In this document: positions 29,101 to 38,369 of the stretch, piece after piece | Numbering within the stretch: the first letter of the stretch is position 1 | How the letters are laid out: the number at the start of each line of letters is the position of its first letter | Source: Planctomycetota bacterium | GTDB lineage: Bacteria; Planctomycetota; UBA1135; UBA2386 | Assembly: GCA_965223545.1 (NCBI GenBank) | Contig: OZ245006.1 | Location: 5,504,001 to 5,568,000 of the forward strand | Reading direction: 5' to 3' | DNA: 64,000 bases | Position numbers and translations under genes: made by a program | Notes under the pieces: model-generated | The model's input: the letters and a program-made list of their open reading frames with translations, nothing else | Database searches by the model: none | What the model was told of the DNA's origin: nothing

Positions 29101-29544
29101 CGTGACCACCTGCCCTGGGCGGCCGCCGGCGCCGACGGCACGATCCGAACCCGCGTGCCCCGCGGAGTCGGCGAGCTGCGCTGCGGCGCCGCCGGGTTCG
29201 CGACGGTCACCGTGCGCAGTGGCGCGTTGCCGACACGTGGAGTGGACCTCGGCGAGGTCGCGCTGCGACCCGTCGCGCGCATCGTCGGCACGACCCGCCG
29301 CCAGGGGGCGTTGGCCCTGGACACCCAGCTCTACCACCGGCAAGTCGCGCCCGAAGAGACCGAATGGCGCCCGCACTTCGCCCCGGATGGCACCTTCGAG
29401 CTGCGGCTCGAGCCGGGCACGCACGAGGTGCGTGCGGCGGCGCGCTCGTCCGGCCCACCGGACACGTTCGGCCCATCGGTGCGCGTCGAGCTCGCCGCCG
29501 GCGAGACCGAGCGCACCGAGGTCGAAGTGCCCCCGCAGCGCTGA
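26125..29544 (+). CDS. ECF sigma-70 factor fused to TM helix and multiple carboxypeptidase-regulatory-like domains
   Basis: Region 2 EAEDLVQETF..WLLGILTN, region 4 EPYRTVLVL..GTVRSQIARG, TM WLLGVAVVCAALWLAW, repeated beta-sandwich units. Confidence 0.88.
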   Translation: MPVRREDGRERESAADSGFRRYVERGDPEALARVFDSCAPRLYAAALRLTRDPAEAEDLVQETFLTAIEARSEFGTGRPLMPWLLGILTNRARHARRRAALRPPREAGPEPPPRPVDEAVSRELRAEVGDAIDGTAEPYRTVLVLHVLHGLTPLQVAHALARPAGTVRSQIARGLSMLRGKLSASVLTAVLAMGVDRGLSAARATVLSAAVASGGATAAPAAVAALAIPLTMVVGMSKWLLGVAVVCAALWLAWSIGPPVGGTATEVPHAEPAVTLAADVPAGSEVVDPAASVRAQIVSPTSPAGGVELTAVLVEAATGRPVPDLGVAFVAMAARPHADRLDVAEAVAGAAITSSDRTGRVVVPLPPETTGYLRLAGSAWAFAGGQPWGLPIAGVLADFDLGEVAVVPAARLRGVVLDEAGAGIEGASVVCVPADRPGLARSKRLEVETDRRGEFELAELGRGAMVLCVAASGYTPAQRNLYVIAGQAPPAQRLVLRTGHTLRGVVVDDRGMPVAGARVFPVHQRQFDQMTVRGPVEGCAVATGADGSFALGGMPPDLVTVVVRAGGHQDGRFTRLDLHRMHRLPIPRSAELHGRLCDTAGTPVVDAALVWQNDERDYVEGRTGAGGQFSLEVAPVRGTLRLGGESLAQVEPARGDRRDLGVLRIPVRGTIVVELVGPSPAVGVEVQLSEWSEADGPPGRRVASALARGGGARFDAVAPGAYAVSVEHGPWLAAPERVVVRAGETVRARVVAARGGTVLARLRTADGRPAIDREVVLSADADQPSKSERVGADGWVRFGPLAAGGYELALFEPGLEWRVFGSVVAVGGSAPVILRESVSVAHGETVRVEWTLPRRASVGGVVRDANGPVVGAKLVLSQAGGANSRGSHRTTHSGAAGQFAFEDAAEGTYELSYSRAGAPGRSGQRIELLPGEDRHVDCVLDDVPVTVRCVDARDGRPVPGARLVVQHDDGLSSWQAPSLRAHDGGMPVEVEMRDHLPWAAAGADGTIRTRVPRGVGELRCGAAGFATVTVRSGALPTRGVDLGEVALRPVARIVGTTRRQGALALDTQLYHRQVAPEETEWRPHFAPDGTFELRLEPGTHEVRAAARSSGPPDTFGPSVRVELAAGETERTEVEVPPQR

Positions 29545-29676
29545 ACGGTCGATCGGACCGCACGGTCGGCGCCACGGCGCCGGCCCACACGCGCGGGATT
29601 CCGCCCCGGCGCCCCACATCCACCGCCGCGGTCACGTAGAACGGACAGTCTCGCTCGTTCCACGGCTCTCTCCTCG

Positions 29677-32600
29677 ATGCTCGATCACCGCTTCCTCCGC
29701 GTCGTCGCTCCCGTTCTGCTCTTCTGCCCGCTGGCGGCCCAAGAGGTCTCGGCCGACCTGCTGTCCGGCCTGCGCGCCCGCTCGATCGGTCCCGCCGGGA
29801 TGAGCGGGCGTGTCACCGCGGTGCACGGCGTGCCGCAGCAGCCCAACACCATCTACGTCGGGGCGGCGACCGGGGGCCTGTGGAAGTCGACCGACGGTGG
29901 GCTTTCGTTCGCCCCGATCTTCGACGACCAGCCGTGCGCCTCGATCGGTGCCATCGCCGTCCACCCGCGCCGGCCCGACGTCGTGTGGATCGGTACCGGC
30001 GAGGGCAACCCGCGCAACAGCGTCTCGGTCGGCCGCGGTGTGTTCCGCTCCGACGACGGCGGCCGCAGTTGGCGCCACCTCGGCTTGGAGAACACCGAGC
30101 GCATCCGCCGCATCCGCGTCCACCCCGACGACCCAGACGTCGCGTTCGTCGCGGCGCTGGGGACGACCTGGGGCGAGAACGAGCAGCGCGGCGTGTTCAA
30201 GACCGTCGACGGCGGCCGCACCTGGGAGAAGGTGCTCTACGTCGACAAGAAGACCGGCTGCGCCAACTTGGTGATGGACCCGCGCAACCCCGACAAGCTG
30301 TTCGCCAACATGTGGGAGCACCGGCGCTGGCCGTGGTTCTTCCGCTCGGGTGGGCCGGGTTCGGGGCTCTACCGCACGCTCGATGGCGGGTCGACCTGGC
30401 AGCAGCTCGGCGAGGCCGAGGGCCTGCCCGCCGGCGACCTCGGCCGCATCGGCTTGGCCATCGCCGCCTCCAATCCCGACCGCGTCTACGCGCTGGTCGA
30501 GGCGAAGAAGAGCGCGCTGCTGCGCTCCGAAGACGGCGGCCGGCGGTTTCGCGTGGTCAACGACGACGACGGCATCGCGCCGCGCCCGTTCTACTACGCC
30601 GACATCAGAGTCGATCCGCACGACGAGGACCGGCTGATCAACATCCACACCACGGTGACGGTGTCGGAGGACGGCGGCGAGTCGTTCGAGACGCTGATCC
30701 CCTACAACGAGATCCACCCCGACCACCACGCCATGTGGATCCACCCCGACGACCCGTCGTTCATCATCGACGGCAACGACGGTGGGGTGGCGATCAGTCG
30801 CGACCGGGGCGCGACCTGGCGCTACGTGACCAACCTGCCGCTCGGCCAGTACTACCACATCGATGTCGACATGGACCTGCCCTACAACGTGTACGGCGGG
30901 ATGCAGGACAACGGCTCGTGGCGCGGCCCGAGCGCGGTGTGGGAGAACGGCGGCATCCGCAACCACCACTGGCACGAGGTCTGCTTCGGCGACGGCTTCC
31001 AGACCCTGCCGCACCCCGAGGAGTTCGACGTCGGCTACGCGATGAGCCAGCAGGGCAACCTGGTGCGCTACGACGTGCGCACCGGCGCGCGCAAGGACAT
31101 CAAGCCCGCCGATCCCGACGGCGTCGAGCTGCGATTCAACTGGAACGCCGGCATCGCGCAGGACCCGTTCGACGCCGACACGATCTACTTCGGCAGCCAG
31201 CACGTGCACGTCTCGCGGGATCGCGGCGATCACTGGGAGACGATCAGTGAGGACCTGACCACCGACTACGCCGGCTGGCAGAAGCAGGCCGAGAGCGGCG
31301 GGTTGACCTTCGACGTCACCGGCGCCGAGAACTACACCACCATCCTCGCGATCGCGCCGAGTGCGGCGAAGAAGGGCGTGCTCTGGGTCGGCACCGACGA
31401 CGGCCGGCTGCACGTGACCAAGGACGGCGGCCAGCACTGGACCTCGGTCGAGCAGCGCGTGCCCGACGTGCCGCGCAACACGTGGATCCCGCACATCGAG
31501 GCCAGCCGGCACGACGCCGGCACCGCGTTCGTCGTCTTCGACGACCACCGGCGCGCCAACTGGACTCCATACGTGTTCCGCACCGACGACTACGGCGAGA
31601 CCTGGACGTCGATCGCCACCGACGCCATCGACGGCTACTGCTTGGTGATCGAGCAGGATCCGGTCAATCCCGATCTGCTGTTCTTGGGCACCGAGTTCGG
31701 GCTCTACTTCACCATCGACGCCGGCGCCCACTGGAACCGGTTCGAAGGTGGCTTTCCGACCGTCTCCGCGATGGACATGGTCGTGCACCCGCGCGATGGC
31801 GACCTCGTCGTCGGCACGCACGGCCGCTCGGCGTGGGTGATCGACGACATCCGCCCGCTGCGCGGGCTGGCGGAGGCGATGGAGCAGGCGCTGGTCGTGT
31901 TCGAGGCGCCGCCGGTGTACCAGTACACGGTCAAGCAGACCGCTCCGCCGCGGTTCACCGGCGCGACCGAGTTTCGCGGCGACAACCGACCGCGCGGCGC
32001 GATGGTGTCGTTCTGGGCCAAGGAGGCCAGCGAGAAGGCGCTGGAAGTCGAGGTGCTCGACGCCGCTGGCGAAGTGATCAAGGAGATCGAGCGCGTGCGT
32101 GCGAAGGCCGGCGTCAACCGATTCCAGTGGCGGCTCGATCGCGACGCGCCGCGGGACGAAGCCGATGAGGAAGACGAAGAAGACGACAGTGAGCGCGGCG
32201 GCCGGCGCGGCCGCGGTCGCGGTTTTCGCGGCAGCCTCCCGGTATTGCCCGGGACCTACACCGTGCGTGTGCGCATGGGCGAGCACGAGTCCAGCACCGA
32301 GGTCGAAGTGCGCGCCGACCCGCGCGTCGAGATCGACGAAAGCGCGCGCCGCGCGAAGTACGCGGCCATGCAGCAGGCGCAGGCCGTCATGCAGCGCTTC
32401 GAGGCCGTCAACAAGCGGCTGCGCGCGATCCGCGACCGCGTCGAGACCGTGCGTGGCCACATCAAGGGCCTGCGCAAGGCCGAGCGCGACGAGGGGGTCA
32501 AGGCCTTGCAAGAGGCCGCCGACGCGGTCATCGAGGCGTTCGACGCGCTGGACAAGCGAATCTCGGGCGATCGCGAGGGCCAGGGCATCACTCGCGGCGA

Positions 32601-32820
32601 CTCGCTATCCCGCCACCTGTTTCGGCCGCTCGGCTCGCTGCGCTCGTCGTGGGATGCGCCCACGGGCGCCCAGCAGCGCCACCTCGAGCGCGCCGAAGAG
32701 GTGATGGCCGAGTTGACCGAGGAAGTGAACGCGCTGCTCACGGGCGTGGTGGAGAAGTACAACGACGCGCTGAAGAGCGCGCGGCTGTCGTTCGCGGCGG
32801 AGACCGAGCCGCTCAAGTAG
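29677..32820 (+). CDS. Exported BNR/Asp-box (VPS10-like) beta-propeller protein, paralog of 15732..19004
   Basis: Signal peptide LAA-Q. IGPAGMSGRV, Asp-boxes, GGMQDNG, RFNWNA, GTHGRS, coiled-coil C-terminus. Confidence 0.9.
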   Translation: MLDHRFLRVVAPVLLFCPLAAQEVSADLLSGLRARSIGPAGMSGRVTAVHGVPQQPNTIYVGAATGGLWKSTDGGLSFAPIFDDQPCASIGAIAVHPRRPDVVWIGTGEGNPRNSVSVGRGVFRSDDGGRSWRHLGLENTERIRRIRVHPDDPDVAFVAALGTTWGENEQRGVFKTVDGGRTWEKVLYVDKKTGCANLVMDPRNPDKLFANMWEHRRWPWFFRSGGPGSGLYRTLDGGSTWQQLGEAEGLPAGDLGRIGLAIAASNPDRVYALVEAKKSALLRSEDGGRRFRVVNDDDGIAPRPFYYADIRVDPHDEDRLINIHTTVTVSEDGGESFETLIPYNEIHPDHHAMWIHPDDPSFIIDGNDGGVAISRDRGATWRYVTNLPLGQYYHIDVDMDLPYNVYGGMQDNGSWRGPSAVWENGGIRNHHWHEVCFGDGFQTLPHPEEFDVGYAMSQQGNLVRYDVRTGARKDIKPADPDGVELRFNWNAGIAQDPFDADTIYFGSQHVHVSRDRGDHWETISEDLTTDYAGWQKQAESGGLTFDVTGAENYTTILAIAPSAAKKGVLWVGTDDGRLHVTKDGGQHWTSVEQRVPDVPRNTWIPHIEASRHDAGTAFVVFDDHRRANWTPYVFRTDDYGETWTSIATDAIDGYCLVIEQDPVNPDLLFLGTEFGLYFTIDAGAHWNRFEGGFPTVSAMDMVVHPRDGDLVVGTHGRSAWVIDDIRPLRGLAEAMEQALVVFEAPPVYQYTVKQTAPPRFTGATEFRGDNRPRGAMVSFWAKEASEKALEVEVLDAAGEVIKEIERVRAKAGVNRFQWRLDRDAPRDEADEEDEEDDSERGGRRGRGRGFRGSLPVLPGTYTVRVRMGEHESSTEVEVRADPRVEIDESARRAKYAAMQQAQAVMQRFEAVNKRLRAIRDRVETVRGHIKGLRKAERDEGVKALQEAADAVIEAFDALDKRISGDREGQGITRGDSLSRHLFRPLGSLRSSWDAPTGAQQRHLERAEEVMAELTEEVNALLTGVVEKYNDALKSARLSFAAETEPLK

Positions 32821-33012
32821 GACTGGGCCGTGCTTGATCGAGGATGGGGCGGCCGGCGCGTGCGCTACGATCGATCGCGGGCCGAGGCTTCGCGCGGTCG
32901 TGTTGCGTTACGGTCTGGTCGCCGGTAGCCGCGTCCGACCCTCGTTTGCCTCTGGGCACTCGGTGGCAACGACGGTAGACTGTCGAGGTCGGGTAGTGCC
33001 CGAGTTGACCTC

Positions 33013-33251
33013 ATGGAATGGCAGCCTCACATCATCGCCGACCCCGCCGTCCTCGCGGGCAAGCCGATTGTCAAGGGGACCCGGCTCTCAGTGGAGTTCA
33101 TTCTGGGCTCCTGGCGAGCGGCTGGACCGAGGCCGAGGTTCTCGACAACTACCCGGCGCTGACGGAAGAATCGCTCCGAGCGGTCTTCGCGTTTGCCGCG
33201 GAAACGCTGGGTGACCAGTCGCTCTTCCCGCTGCAACGCGATGTCGGATGA
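33013..33251 (+). pseudogene. DUF433 antitoxin-like protein, frameshifted
   Basis: MEWQPHIIADPAVLAGKPIVKGTRLSVEFILG then LLASGWTEAEVLDNYPAL in another frame. One G missing at 33105-33107. Confidence 0.85.
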
Positions 33252-33671
33252 CCCGGCTCCTCGCTGACGAGAATGTCCCAAGGGTGATGATTCGTCGTTT
33301 GCGCGACGCGGGCTATCCGGTCATTGCTGTGTCGGAGGAACTCGCGGGCCGTTCGGACAGCGAAGTGCTCGCGCGAGCGCGCGAAGAGGGCTTGGTGCTG
33401 GTCACATTCGATCGCGACTTCGGCGCACTCGCTGTTCCAGCAGCGGCACTCTGCGCCCGCGGGAATCGTAATGTTGCGCATCGTTCCCGGTACACCGGAG
33501 GAGCTTGTGGATCTGCTCCTTTCTGTTCTTCGCGATCGCCAGATTGATCTTCGCGGGCGGCTGACCGTTATCGATCCCGATCGGCGCCCAGCGCGTCCTG
33601 CAGTGCCGCGGCCAAGTGGCTTCGTTGCTTCGAATCGCGCAGCTCGTCGAGTTGAGCGATGCCCTCGTTGA
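33248..33671 (+). pseudogene. DUF5615 PIN-like toxin, frameshifted and 3'-disrupted
   Basis: LLADENVP, DSEVL..A..EG.VLVTFDRDFG. Removing a C at ~33432 restores DFGALVFQ...GIVMLR. Confidence 0.8.
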
Positions 33672-34014
33672 GGGCGGCGCCGTCGACCCAAGCCATCGCC
33701 AGATACGGAATGCCGGCCGCGACGCCGACCGTGTGGACCGGAACGATGCCGGGGTGGTCGAGCCGTGCGATGGCCGCCACCTCGCGGTCGAACCGCTCGC
33801 GGATACCTTCGAACATCACCAGGTCGGGGCGCACCCTGCGCAGCAGCTCCAGCCGGCGCCGCACCGCGGGCGCGTGCGTGGGGTGTGCCGCGCAGACCTC
33901 TTCGAGTGTCTGCGCGCGTGGGTCGGCCAGCGTGGCCAGGATCGCGTCCAGCAGGCTCGAGACCGGGTAGGTCTGGGGCTTGCGTTGCGTCGAGGCGATC
34001 CGGGTCGGGTCCAT
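33568..34014 (-). pseudogene. Ser/Thr protein kinase remnant
   Basis: RERFDREVAAIARLDHPGIVPVH..YLAMAWVDG present. Gly-loop/beta3 Lys deleted in frame and C-lobe (HRD, DFG) absent. Confidence 0.8.
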
Positions 34015-34021
34015 GGGCGCG

Positions 34022-34952
34022 CTACCGGGTCTGCGTGGCCGGGATCGTCATCCGCTGAATCCGTGCGATCGCGACGCGGACCCAGCCGTCGGTGGCGTCC
34101 CACGCCATGACCACCGACTCGTCGTCCTCGAGGGTACATGTGGCGCCGCCGGTTCGGATCGTCACGGTGGGCAAGTGCAGGACGAGCTTGTCGTCCTTGC
34201 CGGCGAGCGAGGTCTCGAAAGTCGGCAGCGGCTGCGGCACGTCGCCGTGGGTGACGCTCAGTGCCAGCCGCAGCCGGCGGTCGTCGAGCGCGCCGACGAT
34301 CGCTTCGACCGCACAACCGTCGCGGACGGTGCCGGTCTCGGGGTGCAGCTCGACCTTGCCGGGCCCCAATAGCTCGACGTGATAGTCCTTGATGTAGCTG
34401 ATCTCGCTGCCGATGAACGAATGCGCCGGCATGAGCGCGCGGGCACCGATCGCGTGGCCCGCTTCGGTTTGCGTGTGCGCGTTCCGGCGCAGGCGTCGAT
34501 CGAGTGCGGTGGCGGAAGCGCTGGCAACCACGACCGCGAAGCTGTCCTCGGCGTCGGTGTCGAGCCACGTCCGCAGTCCGGGCACGGCCTCGGCGGCAGC
34601 GGCTCTCGCCAGGGCGAGATCGGCGACCCGCGCGATGTCGACGTGCACGGTGCACGCAAGTGGAGCGGTGCCGCAGCAGGCCGTGCGCGGCGGCTTGGGT
34701 TGGCGGTGGCGCGGCAATCCTGACCTCGCCGTTCTCAAGCTCGATTCTGTCGTTAGCAAGCTCCAGTAGAGCCGCCAGGGATGCCGTCACGTGATCGGCT
34801 GGCAGTGGCGCCGCCTCGCTCGTGCGCAGCGCGAAGAGGTGCACCTCGCCGCCGGCTGCTTGGGGGTCGGGTCGCTTCTCTTGGGCGGGCACCGTGATCG
34901 CGAGACCGGAGGCGATCAGGAGGGCGTGCGCGGAGACTGCGGTTGAGTTCAT
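34022..34952 (-). pseudogene. Exported protein with secretin-like C-terminal region, frameshifted near 34655
   Basis: Signal peptide VPA-Q in one frame, and SYIKDYHVE...P..GTV.DG..V..LPT beta-rich region in another. Confidence 0.55.
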
Positions 34953-35052
34953 GGGGTCGCGATCTGAGGGTTCGCGGGGCGCGGCGATCTTATCCACGAT
35001 GGCCCCGCCTTTTTTCTTGGCGGATCGACTTCGGCGTGCACGTTGAATCCGC

Positions 35053-36414
35053 ATGCGGTTGCTTTCGCTTCCCTTCATTGCGATTGCGTTCGGCTGCGGC
35101 GCGACGCCGATCACCGAGCTGCAGTACCGGCACTCACTGTCGGTGCGTCCCAGCGGGGGCCCGGAGCGGCTGGAGGTCACGCTGCCCGGTCCGAACGGCC
35201 CGGTCACCAGTGAGGTGCAAACCCGCGAGCAAGTGGCCGTGATGAAAGCGCAGATTGCCGAGCCTGGCGTGCGGCGCGTCCTGATCTACGTGCATGGTGG
35301 TCTCAATTCCACCGAGGAGGGCCTCGAGCGCACAGCGCGGCTCGCGCCCCTGATCCTGGCCGAAACGGGTGGATCGACGTATCCGATCTTCATCAACTGG
35401 AACTCTCAGTTGGGTTCGTCTTACTGGGATCACTTGTTCCACTACCGCAAGGGGCGGCGGGTCGCTGATTTCTGGGGAGCGGTCTCCTCTCCGTTCATCC
35501 TCGTCGCGGATGTGGGGCGAGCTCTCGCGCGCCTGCCGATCGTGTTCTGGGACCAGGGCAGCGCCGCGGCGAACCGCCTGTGGCGGACGGTTCAGCCGGC
35601 TGCGATTCCACCGCGCTGGCGGGATCGGGTCGTGCTGGACGAACGCTACGAGTGGAGTGCGCTGGCGACCTGGAGCGATGCGGTGACTCAGGTTGTCCCC
35701 GGTGTGTTGCGCGTGATCACGACCCCGCTCATCGACACTGTGGGCTTCGAGGGGTATCGCTTGCTCGAGAGGCGGATCGACACGTTGTTTCGGAGGAACG
35801 AGGACTTGCGGTCGCGTTCCGAGCGGCCCAAGGGCGTGCTGTACGAGTTGATGGAGGCGATCAAACCCGAGATCGAGATCGTTCTGATCGGGCACAGCAT
35901 GGGGACCATCGTCCTCAACGAGCTCATTCGGCGTTTCCCGCGGCACAACTTCCGCCACATCGTCTACATGGGCGCGGCGTGCACCACGAAGGACTTCATG
36001 GACGCGGTTCCCGCCTACCTCACGCGCAATTCGGCGAGTGAGTTCTACGGCTTGTGTCTGCATCCGGCTGCCGATGAGAACGAGGTCACGGCTTGGAGCA
36101 CCGTGCCCAACGGCAGCCTGCTCGAGTGGCTCGACGCCTACGTTCTGGGGCCGCGGACGCAGCTTCATCGCACGTTTGGCAAGTGGAACAACGCGGTGCG
36201 CGCGCTCAGCATGTTCAACGACCTGCACCCGTGCGTGGCGAAACGCATCCACCTCAAGGGGTTCCCGGTGGTCGGCGATCAGTTCCCGAACCACCACGGG
36301 GCCTTCGACGAGTACCGGTTTTGGGCACCGGAGTACTGGAGCCCGGCCAACGATCAGCCGGTCGCGACCGTGGAACAGGCTAGGGCCGCGCTCGCCGTCG
36401 CCAGCCCCGAGTAG
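35053..36414 (+). CDS. Alpha/beta hydrolase lipoprotein
   Basis: Lipobox IAFGC. LIYVHGGLN, IFINW, LIGHSMG, YMGAA, HHGAFD. Confidence 0.82.
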   Translation: MRLLSLPFIAIAFGCGATPITELQYRHSLSVRPSGGPERLEVTLPGPNGPVTSEVQTREQVAVMKAQIAEPGVRRVLIYVHGGLNSTEEGLERTARLAPLILAETGGSTYPIFINWNSQLGSSYWDHLFHYRKGRRVADFWGAVSSPFILVADVGRALARLPIVFWDQGSAAANRLWRTVQPAAIPPRWRDRVVLDERYEWSALATWSDAVTQVVPGVLRVITTPLIDTVGFEGYRLLERRIDTLFRRNEDLRSRSERPKGVLYELMEAIKPEIEIVLIGHSMGTIVLNELIRRFPRHNFRHIVYMGAACTTKDFMDAVPAYLTRNSASEFYGLCLHPAADENEVTAWSTVPNGSLLEWLDAYVLGPRTQLHRTFGKWNNAVRALSMFNDLHPCVAKRIHLKGFPVVGDQFPNHHGAFDEYRFWAPEYWSPANDQPVATVEQARAALAVASPE

Positions 36415-36468
36415 CTGCCTCGGGAACGTTGCCGCAGAAGCGCTCGTCTGCGACGCTCGGGCAGTCGC

Positions 36469-38067
36469 ATGCGCACTCCACTTCTCTTCCTTGTCTTTGC
36501 GCTCGTCGCCACGGGCGACCGGTCTGCCACCGCGCAGGCCGCCACCAAGCGCCCCAACATCCTGTTCATCTTCAGCGACGATCACGCGACTGACGCGATC
36601 GGCGCCTACGGCGGGCGGCTCGCGGGCCTGAATCCCACGCCACACATCGATGCGCTCGCGGCGCAGGGCATGCTGTTTCGCAACAGCTTCTGCACCAACG
36701 CCATCTGCGGGCCGAGCCGGGCGGTGATCCTGACCGGCAAGCACAGCCACGTGAACGGCTTCATGCGCAACGGCAACCGCTTCGACGGCGACCAGCAGAC
36801 TTTTCCCAAGCTGCTGCGGGCCGTGGGCTACCGCACGGCGGTGATCGGCAAGTGGCACCTCGGCAGCGAGCCGCAGGGGTTCGACCACTGGGAGGTGCTG
36901 CCGGGGCAGGGCGACTACTACAACCCGGTGCTCGAGTCGGCGGCGGGGAAGCGGCGGGTGGAGGGATACTGCACCGACGTGGTCACCGATCTGGCGATCG
37001 AGTGGCTCGAGGGCAACGCCGGCGAGCAGCCGTTCTTGCTGATGTGCCAGCACAAGGCGCCGCACCGCAACTGGATGCCGGCGCCGCGCCATCTGCGCAG
37101 CTACGCCGAGGGTGAGATCCCCGAGCCGGAGACGCTGTTCGATACGTTCGAGGACAACGCCAGCCCGGCGCGGCGCGCCGAGATGCGCGTCGACGAGCAC
37201 CTCAACCTGGTCTACGACCTGTTCGTGCCGCCGGACGAGGACTGGGATCCGAGCGCGGGCGTGGCGCTCGACAGCTCGGGCTTTCGCAACCTCGACGACA
37301 TGACCGAGGCGCAGCGCGCGGCGTGGGACGCCGCGTTCGCCGCCGACAACGAGGCCTTTCGCGCGGCCGGGCTTACCGGTCGCGATCTCGTACGCTGGAA
37401 GTACCAGCGCTACATGCGCAACTACCTCGCCACGGTTCGCGGTCTCGACGAGGGCGTCGGCCGGCTGCTGGAGTGGCTGGACCGCGCTGGCTTGGCCGAC
37501 GACACGATCGTCGTCTACGCATCCGACCAGGGCTTCTACCTCGGCGACCACGGCTGGTACGACAAGCGCTGGATGTACGACGAGTCGCTGCGCATGCCGC
37601 TGATCGTGCGTTGGCCCGGGCGCGTCGCCCCGGGTTCGGTCGACACGCACTTGGTGCAGAACCTCGACTACGCGGCGACGTTCTTGGAGGCCGCAGGGGT
37701 CGCGGTGCCGGCCGACCTGCAGGGTCGGTCGCTGTTGCCGCTGCTGCGGGGCGCGCCGGTCGAGGATTGGCGCACGGCGATCTACTACCACTACTTCGCC
37801 TACCCCAGCGTGCACATGGTGGCGCGGCACTACGGCATCCGCACCGAGCGGTTCAAGCTGATCCGCTTCTATCAAATGGACGAGTGGGAGCTGTACGACC
37901 TGCAGACCGATCCGGACGAGCGGACCAACGTGTTCGGGGAGTCCGCGATGCGCGGCGTCGCCGCCAGGCTCGCCGAGCAGCTCGGCGCGCTGCGCGCCCA
38001 CTTTGGCGATCAGACCGACGTCGCCGTCATGCCGGACGAGTGGCGGCGGCAGCAGCGGCGCGGCTGA
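36469..38067 (+). CDS. Formylglycine-dependent (Cys-type) sulfatase, N-acetylglucosamine-6-sulfatase-like
   Basis: PNILFIFSDDH, CGPSRAVILTG (CxPxR), GKWHL, HKAPHRNW, SDQGFYLGDHG. Confidence 0.93.
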   Translation: MRTPLLFLVFALVATGDRSATAQAATKRPNILFIFSDDHATDAIGAYGGRLAGLNPTPHIDALAAQGMLFRNSFCTNAICGPSRAVILTGKHSHVNGFMRNGNRFDGDQQTFPKLLRAVGYRTAVIGKWHLGSEPQGFDHWEVLPGQGDYYNPVLESAAGKRRVEGYCTDVVTDLAIEWLEGNAGEQPFLLMCQHKAPHRNWMPAPRHLRSYAEGEIPEPETLFDTFEDNASPARRAEMRVDEHLNLVYDLFVPPDEDWDPSAGVALDSSGFRNLDDMTEAQRAAWDAAFAADNEAFRAAGLTGRDLVRWKYQRYMRNYLATVRGLDEGVGRLLEWLDRAGLADDTIVVYASDQGFYLGDHGWYDKRWMYDESLRMPLIVRWPGRVAPGSVDTHLVQNLDYAATFLEAAGVAVPADLQGRSLLPLLRGAPVEDWRTAIYYHYFAYPSVHMVARHYGIRTERFKLIRFYQMDEWELYDLQTDPDERTNVFGESAMRGVAARLAEQLGALRAHFGDQTDVAVMPDEWRRQQRRG

Positions 38068-38369
38068 GCCGGTCGTTCGGGTTCAGAGGCCCGCCTGGCT
38101 CTTGATGCCGGCGAAAGAACGTGCGGTCATCGGCCGCCGCTCGCCCGGCCAGGAGTTCGGTGGCTCCTCCGGCGGCCGGATACCGCAGCCGGTCGGTGCC
38201 ATCGGTCACGGCGCGCAGGATGACCTCGGCGACGGCGACCGGGGGTGAAGCGTCGGAGAGGAGTCGCAGAGGGCAGACCCGGAGCCAGCACTGGCTCTCG
38301 TTACGGTTGGTCGGAGAAGCTCGGCGAGCAAGGTGCGGCGCGGCGAGTCCCGTACGCCGTTGGCTACCA

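Noticed and set aside
32150..32235. Acidic then RG-rich insert (DEADEEDEEDDSERGGRRGRGRG)
   Set aside because: A low-complexity loop at a variable position in VPS10-like proteins. No evidence of a separate function.
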